This document shows positions 24,202-32,000 of a stretch of 32,000 nucleotides of DNA, piece by piece. Numbering within the stretch: the stretch's first letter is position 1; each line of letters begins with the position of its first letter. A program made the position numbers and the translations under genes. Location: NCBI RefSeq assembly GCF_000020225.1, contig NC_010655.1, positions 1,710,001 through 1,742,000 on the forward strand, in the 5' to 3' direction. This stretch comes from Akkermansia muciniphila ATCC BAA-835. GTDB lineage: Bacteria > Verrucomicrobiota > Verrucomicrobiia > Verrucomicrobiales > Akkermansiaceae. The notes under the pieces are model-generated. The model did no database searches and was not told where the DNA came from. It worked only from the letters and a program-made list of their open reading frames with translations.

Positions 24202-24396
24202 ATGCAGGCATTGCTTACAATTGACGTTCAAGGTGATTATTTTGCGGAATGCACTGCATGCCGAGAATCCTGTGAGTATGTTGGCAGCTGGTTAAGTATG
24301 GATATCACCAACGAATACGAAAGGATGCCGGATATTGGCTGCATGGGAAAGATTGGGGGTCTTTCTTATGAAATACCAGGGAGGGAAGTCTTATGA
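24202..24396 (+). CDS. doubtful 64-aa Cys-containing ORF overlapping the downstream kinase-like gene by ATGA
   Basis: MQALLTIDVQGDYFAECTACRESCEYVGSWL..DIGCMGKIGG. There is no convincing SD and no family recognised. The stop overlaps the next start (ATGA at 24393-24396). It may be non-coding leader sequence. Confidence 0.25.
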   Translation: MQALLTIDVQGDYFAECTACRESCEYVGSWLSMDITNEYERMPDIGCMGKIGGLSYEIPGREVL

Positions 24397-24908
24397 TTCT
24401 TTTGATTGGCGGCAGCACGCATACAGGGAAAACACTCGCGGCGCAGCGGGTGCTTGAAAAATATTCCTATCCCTATTTATCCATTGACCATTTAAAGATG
24501 GGGCTGATACGCAGCGGGATATGCCCTTTCTCCCCTGAAAGCCCCGATGAAGAGCTGACTCCCTTCCTCTGGGGCATTATCAAAGAAATAGTAAAGACCG
24601 CGATTGAAAACGGCCAAAATTTAGTGGTGGAAGGTTGCTATATTCCCTTTGACTGGAAGAAGGATTTTACGCAAGCCTGCCGGGAACGGATACGGTATGT
24701 ATGCCTTATTTTTTCAGAAAATTATATTCAAAGGCATTATCATGATATCCTGAACCATGAGAATGCGATTGAACGGCGCGTAGAGAGTTCTCCCGTTACG
24801 CGGGAAGAGTTGCTGCGTGAAAACAGGGGCAATCTTGAAAAATGCAGGTTCTATGGCTGTGACTATCTGTTGATTGACGAGTCTTATAACGTGGAGATCA
24901 TGTTGTAG
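24393..24908 (+). CDS. small P-loop NTPase / kinase-like protein (2-phosphoglycerate-kinase / AAA_33-like fold)
   Basis: Walker A at the extreme N-terminus: MILLIGGSTHTGKTLAAQ (24408-24434). LSIDHLKMGLIRSG. NLVVEGCYIP is Walker-B-like (hhhhEG). A strong SD, GGGAGGGA, lies 6 nt upstream. The gene is clearly more AT-rich than its neighbours. Confidence 0.7.
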   Translation: MILLIGGSTHTGKTLAAQRVLEKYSYPYLSIDHLKMGLIRSGICPFSPESPDEELTPFLWGIIKEIVKTAIENGQNLVVEGCYIPFDWKKDFTQACRERIRYVCLIFSENYIQRHYHDILNHENAIERRVESSPVTREELLRENRGNLEKCRFYGCDYLLIDESYNVEIML

Positions 24909-25037
24909 AGAACAGAGGCTTTCCATTGTCCGGGGAAGGAAAGAGAAGGTTACGCCAAATTGCTTTGTTTATAGGCGCAGGCGGTAAGAGAGAGGTTCTT
25001 CTCCCCTTCCCCTGTATTTTTTCCAGAACTGCCCGTG

Positions 25038-25787
25038 TCAGAGCACCTTGGAAAAAAACTCCTGCAGCCTGGGATTGGCAGGGCGGTCGATAACGCGGTC
25101 CGGAGGCCCTTCTTCCACAATTTTCCCTTTATCCATGAACAGGACGCGGGAAGCAACCTCCCGCGCGAACCCTATTTCATGGGTAACCACTACCATCGTC
25201 AGTCCTACCTGCGCCAGCTCCTTCATCAGGGAGAGCACTTCTCCCACCATTTCCGGGTCCAGGGCTGATGTCGGCTCGTCAAACAGGATGACATCCGGAT
25301 TCATGACCAGGGCGCGCACGATGGCGATGCGCTGCTTTTGGCCTCCGGAAAGCTGGAGGGGATAGGAGTGCCTCTTGCCGTACAGCCCAATGCGCTGGAG
25401 AAGGGCTTCCGCCTGGTTTGCTGCCTCCTTTCTGCTGGAGCGTCCCGTTTTAACCGGGGCGATGGTGATATTTTCCAGAATGGTCAGGTGCGGGAAAAGG
25501 TTGAAATGCTGGAAAACCATGCCTACGTGCTGGCGGAATTGATTGACGTCCGTTCCGGGAGAGGTAACCAGCTTTCCCTTGAAACGGATTTCTCCGGAGG
25601 TCGGTTCCTCCAGCAGGTTCAGGCAGCGCAGGAAGGTGCTTTTACCGGAACCGGACGGGCCTACGATGAAGACCACTTCACCCCGGTCAATGTTCGTGGT
25701 GACATCGTTGACTGCCGGCACGGAGTTGAATTCCTTAACCAAATGGCTGATTTGGAACATGGGAGTGTTTCCGGGATGTTCATTCAT
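25038..25787 (-). CDS. polar amino-acid ABC transporter ATP-binding protein (GlnQ/ArtP type)
   Basis: Walker [17 protein letters not shown]-loop [13 protein letters not shown], signature [15 protein letters not shown], Walker [15 protein letters not shown]-loop [10 protein letters not shown]. Confidence 0.92.
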   Translation of the reverse strand: MNEHPGNTPMFQISHLVKEFNSVPAVNDVTTNIDRGEVVFIVGPSGSGKSTFLRCLNLLEEPTSGEIRFKGKLVTSPGTDVNQFRQHVGMVFQHFNLFPHLTILENITIAPVKTGRSSRKEAANQAEALLQRIGLYGKRHSYPLQLSGGQKQRIAIVRALVMNPDVILFDEPTSALDPEMVGEVLSLMKELAQVGLTMVVVTHEIGFAREVASRVLFMDKGKIVEEGPPDRVIDRPANPRLQEFFSKVL

Positions 25788-27264
25788 TGTTTTTCAGTTT
25801 TCTTTCCAGTTTGCCGAGCATCCAGCTGAACAGCATGACCACGGAGAGGTAAATCAGGGCCACGGCCGTCAGCGGCATGAAGGCGGTATAAGTCTGGCTC
25901 CGGATGATGTCGCCGCCCTTGGTCAGGTCCTGGAGGGCAATATAGCCGGAGACGCTGGTCTCCTTCAACAGTACGATAAATTCGTTTCCCAGAGAGGGAA
26001 GTACATTTTTAAAGGCCTGGGGCAGGATAATGTAAATCATGGTTTGGGCATATCCCAGGCCGAGGCTGCGCCCGGCTTCAAATTGTCCTTTGTCAATAGA
26101 CATGATGCCGCCTCTGATGATTTCCGCCACATAGGCGCCTGAGTTGAAGCCGAAGGCCACCACGGCCACCAACACTTTGCTGACATCCACGGAGCCGAAG
26201 ATGACAAAATAGATCATGAGCAGTTGAACGACCACCGGCGTGCCGCGGATGACTGTCAGGTACAGTTTGCAGAGGGCATTCAGGAAACGGAGATTGCCCG
26301 TTTTGTCATGCGTGGCGCGGATGACGGCCACCACAAAGCCAACCAGAATGCCCAGCAGAACGGAAAAGAAAGAGACCTCCACCGTCACCAGAAAGCCGTT
26401 GGTCAGGTATTTCCAGCGGCCTTCCTGCATGAAATTGACATAAAAGGATTCTTTCAGGTCCAGCCATATATTTTCCAGCCAGCCCCCTCCGGAAGCGTGT
26501 TGTTCGGGACCGGCAGCGGATTTAACCTGCATGGCCGCATAAGCGTTCCGTATTTCCTCCAGCTTTCCGGAGGCTTTCAATGCTGCAATGGTGCCGTTAA
26601 TATCCTGAAGGAGAGCCGTATCTCCCTTGCGGACGGCAATGGCGTAGGATTCGGAAGTGAGGGGCTCCGGCAGAATTTCCAGCCGATCATTGCCCGCTAC
26701 GTACATTGTTGCCGGATCCTGGTCAATGACGGCGGCGTCCACCTTGCCTGCCGCCACGGCGGCCACAGCCAGCGCTCCGTTAGGGAAGCGTTCCGGCTGC
26801 TGGATGTTCCGTGTGACGTAAATGTCTCCCGTGGCCCCGTGCTGCACTCCGATTCTTTTGCCGCGGATATCTTCCCGCTTCCGGATGGGAGAACCTTTGG
26901 GAACGATGATAACCTGAGCGGCTTCCACATAGGGAATGGAGAAGTCCACTTTCCTCCTGCGTTCCGGCGTAACCGTGATTCCGGAGGCGGCTACGTCCGC
27001 CTTTCCGGAAACTACAGCCGTAATCACGGAATCAAAGCTCATGTCTTCAATGACCAGCTCCCTGCCGGTGCGCTGGGCTACCTCCCGCATGATTTCCGGG
27101 TCAATGCCCAGGATGGCGTTTCCGTCCCGGAATTCGTAGGGAGGGAAAGTCGCTTCCGTCACCATCAGGATTCTGCCGTTTTCCGCCGCTGGTGCGCCGC
27201 AGCATAGGAGAAGCCAGAGCGTCAGCAGGGCTCCGAGATGATTCAGAAAGGAAATGGATGGCAT
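25780..27264 (-). CDS. fused periplasmic substrate-binding domain and permease of a polar amino-acid ABC transporter
   Basis: The start is taken at ATG 27264: [30 protein letters not shown], a signal peptide. The SBP_bac_3-like region is [44 protein letters not shown]. The His/Glu/Gln/Arg-type permease region is [41 protein letters not shown] (EAA loop). There is an 8-nt overlap with the ATPase gene. The track ORF extension to 27519 is not protein-like. Confidence 0.85.
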   Translation of the reverse strand: MPSISFLNHLGALLTLWLLLCCGAPAAENGRILMVTEATFPPYEFRDGNAILGIDPEIMREVAQRTGRELVIEDMSFDSVITAVVSGKADVAASGITVTPERRRKVDFSIPYVEAAQVIIVPKGSPIRKREDIRGKRIGVQHGATGDIYVTRNIQQPERFPNGALAVAAVAAGKVDAAVIDQDPATMYVAGNDRLEILPEPLTSESYAIAVRKGDTALLQDINGTIAALKASGKLEEIRNAYAAMQVKSAAGPEQHASGGGWLENIWLDLKESFYVNFMQEGRWKYLTNGFLVTVEVSFFSVLLGILVGFVVAVIRATHDKTGNLRFLNALCKLYLTVIRGTPVVVQLLMIYFVIFGSVDVSKVLVAVVAFGFNSGAYVAEIIRGGIMSIDKGQFEAGRSLGLGYAQTMIYIILPQAFKNVLPSLGNEFIVLLKETSVSGYIALQDLTKGGDIIRSQTYTAFMPLTAVALIYLSVVMLFSWMLGKLERKLKNNE

Positions 27265-27653
27265 GAAAGCAAGGGGAAAAGGTGAAGTCTGAACCGGCGG
27301 GGTATATGATTTACCTGCCTGCAACGCAATAAAAAACTGTTTCCTCCCGGTTCCGGTTTGTCCTGTCCCACGGCAGGGAAGCGGAGTAGCGGGCCGGACG
27401 GAGAGGAAATGGCAACGAATATGAATGGCATGAACCCGGAAGATACCCAGGATTTTTTTGTTTATTAGCAAGAGGGAGGGAATGTATCTTGTGATAATTT
27501 TCCCGATTAATATTTCCAAAGGGAGGGAGGATCAAACTTCCTGCTTTGGTGGCGGTGTATGTTTGGTTTTGGAAAATTGTCATGCATCCAGAATGTGATG
27601 CATGGCAAGGTGCATGGCGGAACCATAGGGCTGGGTGGAAGACCGCGCAAAGC

Positions 27654-27699
27654 AAAAAAGTTTGAGGCCTTGCAGGATGAAGTATTCTGCAAGGCCTCA
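27654..27699 (-). terminator. intrinsic terminator of tRNA-Pro(GGG)
   Basis: A 13-bp perfect stem, tgaggccttgcag (27663-27675) with ctgcaaggcctca (27687-27699), and an 11-nt loop. On the minus strand TTTTTT follows (plus-strand aaaaaa 27654-27659). It starts 12 nt after the tRNA 3-prime end. Confidence 0.75.
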
Positions 27700-27711
27700 C
27701 GAATGGGAAAT

Positions 27712-27788
27712 TGGTCGGGTTGACAGGATTCGAACCTGCGACCCCCTGCACCCCATGCAGGTGCGCTACCAGACTGCGCTACAACCCG
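27712..27788 (-). tRNA. tRNA-Pro (anticodon GGG), CCA encoded
   Basis: The reverse complement folds as acceptor CGGGTTG/CAACCCG, D arm GCGC-AGTCTGGTA-GCGC, anticodon arm CCTGC-ATGGGGT-GCAGG, T arm GCAGG-TTCGAAT-CCTGT, then A-CCA. Confidence 0.93.
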
Positions 27789-27890
27789 ATGAACTCGGAC
27801 CGACCGGGGTCGTGTCTTGTGACGGCGAGGTGTATATAGGAAAACTTTAGTGTTGGCAAGAGTCTTTTTTCATAGCATACCTTTTTTGTC

Positions 27891-28934
27891 ATGAAGCAAG
27901 TTCAAGTTGCAGTCGTCGGGGCCAGTGGCTACACCGGGCAGGAATTGTTGCGCATCCTGCTGAACCATCGCGGGGTGAAGCTGGTGTGCGCTACTTCCCG
28001 CCAGTATGCCGGGCAGCCGTTGTGGGAGGTTTTTCCCCGTTTTCGTCAGGTTCCGGGTTCCGGCCTGAAGTTTACGGATTCCGATGTGGAGGCGATTGCC
28101 GCCACTGGGGCGGAGGTCGCTTTTCTGGCCCTGCCTCATGGCGTGGCTGCTTCCTATGCCCGCGGCCTGGTGGACAGGGGCGTGCGCGTGATTGACCTGA
28201 GCGCGGATTTTCGCCTGGACAGCCCGGATGTGTACGAAGAGTATTACGGGAACCCCCACCCGGATACGGCCCTGATGCAGGAAGCCGTGTACGGTTTGCC
28301 GGAGTGGCGCCGGGAGGAGATTGCCCGGGCGCGCATTGTGGCTTCCCCCGGCTGCTATCCCACCAGCATTCTTCTGCCTCTCATTCCCTTGTTCAGGGCG
28401 GGCATGCTGGAGCCGGAGGACGTGGTGGCCTGTTCCGGCAGCGGCGTGAGCGGAGCAGGGCGCAAGGCATCCATTCCGCTGCTGTTCTGCGAGTGCAATG
28501 AGAGTTTTCATGCTTACGGAGTACCGAAACACCGCCATTTGAGCGAAATTGAGCAGGAGCTTTCCCATGCCGCCGGGGAAACGGTGGTGATGTCCTTCAC
28601 CCCCCATTTGATTCCCGTTAATACGGGTATTTGCTCCACGATTACGGCCAAAGTGAAAAAAGGGGCGGACCCCGAGTCCGTCGGCCGCCTGCTGGAAGAA
28701 GCCTATGCTGCGGCCCCGTTCGTCCGCCTTCTGGGGCGTAACCAGCCTGCGGATACCAAGAATGTAACACGGACGAACTGCGTGGATATTGGCTGGGCTT
28801 ATGATCCCCGCACGAACCGCGTGATTCTGATGAGCGCAGAGGATAATGTGGTGAAGGGCGCGGGTGGGCAGGCCGTTCAGTCCTTCAATATCATGTGCGG
28901 ATTTGATGAAACGGAAGGCTTGTGGGTTCTGTAG
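27891..28934 (+). CDS. argC: N-acetyl-gamma-glutamyl-phosphate reductase
   Basis: MKQVQVAVVGASGYTGQELLRIL is the NAD-binding region. ASPGCYPTSILLPL contains the active-site Cys. SGVSGAGRK; AEDNVVKGAGGQAVQSFN. Confidence 0.92.
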   Translation: MKQVQVAVVGASGYTGQELLRILLNHRGVKLVCATSRQYAGQPLWEVFPRFRQVPGSGLKFTDSDVEAIAATGAEVAFLALPHGVAASYARGLVDRGVRVIDLSADFRLDSPDVYEEYYGNPHPDTALMQEAVYGLPEWRREEIARARIVASPGCYPTSILLPLIPLFRAGMLEPEDVVACSGSGVSGAGRKASIPLLFCECNESFHAYGVPKHRHLSEIEQELSHAAGETVVMSFTPHLIPVNTGICSTITAKVKKGADPESVGRLLEEAYAAAPFVRLLGRNQPADTKNVTRTNCVDIGWAYDPRTNRVILMSAEDNVVKGAGGQAVQSFNIMCGFDETEGLWVL

Positions 28935-28967
28935 CTTTTTGATACGCTGAAAGGCACTTTCAAGACG

Positions 28968-30221
28968 ATGAATGATTCATCCTATATTCCGGTTGACGGG
29001 GGCGTTTGCGCGCCCCAGGGCTTTTTGGGGAGCGCCGTAAGCTGCGGCATCAAGAAGCCTACGGCCACGCGTCTGGACCTGGCCCTGATTTATTCCACGG
29101 AACCCTGCGTTTCCGCAGGAACGTTTACGACCAACCGCGTGCAGGCCGCCTGCGTGAAGGTGAGCCGGGAGCATCTCCGGAAAGGAAATATCCGCGCCAT
29201 CGTGGCGAACAGCGGGAACGCGAACGCCTGCACCGGAACCCGGGGGGTGGAGGACGCCAGGGGTGAATGCCGCAGCGTTGCTGAGCTTCTGGGGCTGGAG
29301 CCTGCAGAAGTGGCCGTATGTTCCACCGGCGTGATTGGCCTGCCAATGCCTATGATGCGCATTTACCCGAAGTTTCCGGAATTGGCGGAGGGGCTTTCCC
29401 GCGACAAGGGGCATGAGGTGGCTCAGGCCGTGATGACCAGTGATACGAAGGAGAAAATTATTGCCATTGAGTTTGTAGTGCAGGGCAAACCCGTGCGCAT
29501 CGGCGCCTGCTGCAAGGGGGCGGGCATGATCAATCCCTGCATGGCGACCATGCTGTGCTTTATCACGACGGATGCGGGCGTTTCCCGCGATGTGCTGGAG
29601 CTGTGCGTGCAGTCCGGAGTGAAGAGTTCTTTTAACTGCATCACCATTGACGGAGACATGAGCACGAATGACACGGTTCTGGTGATGGCGAATGGGGCAT
29701 CCGGCGTGAAGCTGGAAACTCCGGAAGATATTTACGCATTCCAGCAGGCTTTGGCCCATGTGATGCTGGAACTGGCCAAGCACATCGTGCAGGACGGAGA
29801 GCGGGTGACCAAGTTCGTCACCGTGCATGTGACGGGAGGCCGCACGGAGGATGAAGCGAAAAAAGCGGCGGAAGCCGTAGCCAAGTCTTCCCTGGTAAAG
29901 AGTTCCTGGAACGGGAATGATCCCAACTGGGGGCGCATTATTCATGCCGTGGGCTACTGCGGAGCAAAAGTGGACGAAGAGAAGATAGACATTGACATCG
30001 CTGGTCTGGCCGCCTGCCGCGGCGGCGTGCAGGCGGATACTCCGTCCGACGATTTGCGGCAAGCCGTGCAGGTTCCCGCGTTCCAGGTGGATATCAATTT
30101 GAATCGGGGCGAGTTTTCCCATACGGTGTATACCACGGATTTGTCTCCGGAATATGTGGATTTCAACCGTTCCGAGTATGCATACTGGAACCAGGCGAAA
30201 GCGGACGGCCTGACCTGTTAA
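28968..30221 (+). CDS. argJ: bifunctional glutamate N-acetyltransferase / amino-acid acetyltransferase
   Basis: FTTNRVQAA, ANSGNANACTG, GAGMINPCMATMLCFITTDA (autoproteolytic ATML site), ITIDGDMSTNDTV, and C-terminal SPEYVDFNRSEYAY. Confidence 0.92.
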   Translation: MNDSSYIPVDGGVCAPQGFLGSAVSCGIKKPTATRLDLALIYSTEPCVSAGTFTTNRVQAACVKVSREHLRKGNIRAIVANSGNANACTGTRGVEDARGECRSVAELLGLEPAEVAVCSTGVIGLPMPMMRIYPKFPELAEGLSRDKGHEVAQAVMTSDTKEKIIAIEFVVQGKPVRIGACCKGAGMINPCMATMLCFITTDAGVSRDVLELCVQSGVKSSFNCITIDGDMSTNDTVLVMANGASGVKLETPEDIYAFQQALAHVMLELAKHIVQDGERVTKFVTVHVTGGRTEDEAKKAAEAVAKSSLVKSSWNGNDPNWGRIIHAVGYCGAKVDEEKIDIDIAGLAACRGGVQADTPSDDLRQAVQVPAFQVDINLNRGEFSHTVYTTDLSPEYVDFNRSEYAYWNQAKADGLTC

Positions 30222-30232
30222 CCGTTTCTGTC

Positions 30233-30733
30233 ATGGCGCGTGGCAAATGCCGCCAGGGAAAGGCGGGGGGAATGGCCCCCGCCGCCGGGATGCTGATGGA
30301 GGTGCGGCGCCTTCTGGATGAAGGCGCCTTCCGCGCTTCCCGTGCCCAACGTTTCTGTACCGGTGCGGCGGATTGCTGCCGGTTCCGCCTGACCGGGGAG
30401 ACGCCGCATGTAACGCTGGGGGAGGCATGGGTGGCCTGGAAGGCGTGGCGTGCTTCCGGACGCACCCGGTTGGAGCTGCCTCCGGACGGGAGCTGCCCTT
30501 TCTTGAGCGGTCAGGGAAGATGCATGATTTATGAAGGCAGGCCGTTGGCGTGCCGCACTCATTTCTGCGTACCGGCCGGGGGCGCCTTGCCCCGCCGGGA
30601 GGTTATTGACCTGATCCATGCGCTGGAAGATATTGACGCAGCGCTGGGCGGCGATGGCGCAGCCCGGCTGCCGGAGGCCGTGGAACGGCTGTCCCGAAAA
30701 GGCCCGGCGGATGGAAGGAAGAGGCGGCGATGA
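30233..30733 (+). CDS. YkgJ/UPF0153-type cysteine-cluster (Zn/Fe-chelating) protein
   Basis: FCTGAADCCRF .. SCPFLSGQGRCMIYEGRPLACRTHFC matches the C-terminal CPFL..xCxIYxxRPxxCRxFxC pattern of the family. The start is uncertain (ATGs at 30233, 30272, 30290, 30296). It begins 11 nt after the argJ stop. Confidence 0.6.
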   Translation: MARGKCRQGKAGGMAPAAGMLMEVRRLLDEGAFRASRAQRFCTGAADCCRFRLTGETPHVTLGEAWVAWKAWRASGRTRLELPPDGSCPFLSGQGRCMIYEGRPLACRTHFCVPAGGALPRREVIDLIHALEDIDAALGGDGAARLPEAVERLSRKGPADGRKRRR

Positions 30734-30870
30734 TGATCCGGGGGTGACGGCAGTCAGGCGTCTATTTCCAAGCGGAAGCACATTTTTTCAGGCCATGGGA
30801 ACATGTTTTCCCTTCGTGTGTCCATGGCTGGACCTGGTTAGAGGATAGAAGTAAGCAGGAGAATGCCTGT

Positions 30871-32000
30871 TCAGGCCTCCGAGTCCGTTTGTTTCTCTTT
30901 TTCCTGTTTGGAGGCCAGATGGCGCAGGGCGCTGGCGGCCTTTTTGTTGCCGTGCCGGACGGCTTTCTGATACCATTCTTCCGCCTGTTTATCGTCCTGC
31001 TCAATGCCGTAGCCGTGGGCGTAGCAGTTGCCCACATTGAACATGGCTGTGGCGTTGCCCTGTTCCGCCGCCTTAAGGTACCATTTCAGGGCTTTTTCCC
31101 GGTTGACGGGCGTTCCTTTTCCGTTCAGATGGCACCACCCCAGGTTGAGCTGGGCTGTTGTATGCCCCTGTTCTGCGGCTTTGGTGTACCAGTGGACGGC
31201 TTTGGCCATGTCCACTTCCATGCCCCGGCCGTTGCCGTAGCACCATCCCAGCGTGTATTGGGCCGTAATCTGGCCCTGAAGGGCTGATTTGTGATACCAT
31301 ACCAGCGCTTTGTCCAGATCCGGCTCCACGCCGAAACCGTTTTCATAGCACCATCCCAGATTGTACTGGGCCGTAGCGTGGTTCTGCATGGCGGCTTCTT
31401 CGTACCAGTAAGCGGCTTTCCGCGGGTTTTTGGGGGTTCCGCTTCCGTTGCCATAGCACCAGGCCAGGTTATACTGGGCGCGGGGGTCTCCCTGTTCTGC
31501 AGCCTGCTTGTACCAGTATACGGCCTGTTCCCAGTTTTTCCGGCTGGGGCTGTTGGCATAAATCCAGCCGAGGTTGAGCTGGGCTACCGCGTGGCCCTGT
31601 TCCGCCGCTTTTTTGTACCAGCCGATGGCCTGGTGTTCGTCTTTTTCCACTCCCAGGCCATTGACATAGCAGAACCCAAGGTCAAATTGCGCGGTGGGGT
31701 GCCCCTGTTCGGCGGCTTTCCGGTACCAGTAAAAGGCCTTGTCGTTGTCCTGAGGGGCGCCGATGCCGTTGGAATAAGCCCATCCCAGGTTGAGCTGGGC
31801 TGTAACGTGGCCCAGTTCCGCCGCCTGCTGGTAGCAGTAGAAGGCTTCCTGCTGGTTTTCCGCCACCCCGCGTCCCTGTTCGTAGTTGATTGCCAGCTGG
31901 AACAGCGCCTGGGCGTCTCCTTTCAGAGCTATTTGCTGAAGGGTTTCTACGTCGACGGAATAGGTGGAGACGGTGTTTTCCTGCTCGCCGTGGTTGTGGG
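30871..32000 (-). CDS. Sel1-like repeat (SLR) protein; 5-prime end lies beyond the window
   Basis: At least 9 tandem modules of about 36 aa (108 nt), for example ..AFYWYRKAAEQGHPTAQFDLGFCYVNGLGVEKDEHQ / AIGWYKKAAEQGHAVAQLNLGWIY... The track ORF starts at GTG 31866, but the frame stays open upstream to 32000 (..HNHGEQENTVSTYSVDVETLQQIALKGDAQALFQLAINYEQGRGVAENQQ) and continues the repeat. The real start is therefore outside the window. Confidence 0.85.
   Translation of the reverse strand, partial: HNHGEQENTVSTYSVDVETLQQIALKGDAQALFQLAINYEQGRGVAENQQEAFYCYQQAAELGHVTAQLNLGWAYSNGIGAPQDNDKAFYWYRKAAEQGHPTAQFDLGFCYVNGLGVEKDEHQAIGWYKKAAEQGHAVAQLNLGWIYANSPSRKNWEQAVYWYKQAAEQGDPRAQYNLAWCYGNGSGTPKNPRKAAYWYEEAAMQNHATAQYNLGWCYENGFGVEPDLDKALVWYHKSALQGQITAQYTLGWCYGNGRGMEVDMAKAVHWYTKAAEQGHTTAQLNLGWCHLNGKGTPVNREKALKWYLKAAEQGNATAMFNVGNCYAHGYGIEQDDKQAEEWYQKAVRHGNKKAASALRHLASKQEKEKQTDSEA

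Noticed and set aside
24006-24224. 72-aa ORF downstream of the TPR gene.
   Set aside because: It spans both terminator hairpins (24021-24052 and 24130-24154), and its sequence is Arg/Cys-rich junk.
24202-24260. Resemblance of MQALLTIDVQGDYF to the N-terminus of isochorismatase-family hydrolases (ALLVIDxQNDF), which would suggest a truncated pseudogene.
   Set aside because: Only about 12 residues are similar and nothing after them fits the family. That is too short to call without a search.
27482-27598. 38-aa plus-strand mini-ORF (MYLVIIFPINISKGREDQTSCFGGGVCLVLENCHASRM) directly after the first AGGGAGGGA motif.
   Set aside because: The SD-like GGAGG ends only 2 nt before the ATG, which is too close. 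There are no features of a real peptide. The motif is more simply treated as part of the importer upstream region.
1-32000. Window-wide look for CRISPR arrays, IS elements with terminal inverted repeats, prophage genes, restriction-modification or known defence and toxin-antitoxin genes, rRNA genes, tmRNA, RNase P and SRP RNA.
   Set aside because: I saw no regularly spaced direct repeats and no transposase, integrase, nuclease, helicase or methylase signatures. No sequences matched the conserved cores I can recall for these RNAs. Absence by eye is not proof. An Infernal/Rfam and defence-finder scan would settle it.

Overview
This is a GC-rich bacterial chromosomal segment (roughly mid to high 50s % GC, judged by eye), densely coding on both strands. 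The protein sequences and gene content (Kelch, Sel1 and TPR proteins, secreted glycan-active enzymes, LptD) remind me of Akkermansia/Verrucomicrobiota. That is recognition only, not a search result. I can support 28 CDS, two of them truncated by the window edges and two of them small and doubtful. I can also support three tRNAs (Phe-GAA, Pro-UGG, Pro-GGG), seven terminator-like hairpins and two tentative sigma70-like promoters. Most of the content is housekeeping: PHP histidinol phosphatase, pta-like, tilS, L31 type B, ugd, mdh, lptD, nitroreductase, two pseudouridine synthases, an amino-acid ABC importer and argC-argJ. I saw no CRISPR array, transposase, integrase, phage gene or recognisable defence or toxin-antitoxin module, and I do not claim a new system. 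The items most worth a second look are listed here. (1) A secreted metzincin protease with a C-terminal NPCBM-like domain sits next to a six-hairpin glycosidase that carries Fn3 and CBM-like modules but no signal peptide. (2) A signal-peptide Kelch (NanM-like) propeller reads through without a stop into transmembrane helices, and a leaderless paralog lies in tandem. (3) There are two AT-rich islets in GC-rich surroundings: an NlpE-N-like lipoprotein beside a tRNA pair, and a P-loop kinase-like gene with an overlapping Cys-rich mini-ORF. (4) A 336-nt GC-rich spacer has no credible ORF. (5) Two 5-prime leaders show alternative or SD-sequestering pairings. All functional calls come from motif recognition by eye and need HMM or BLAST confirmation.
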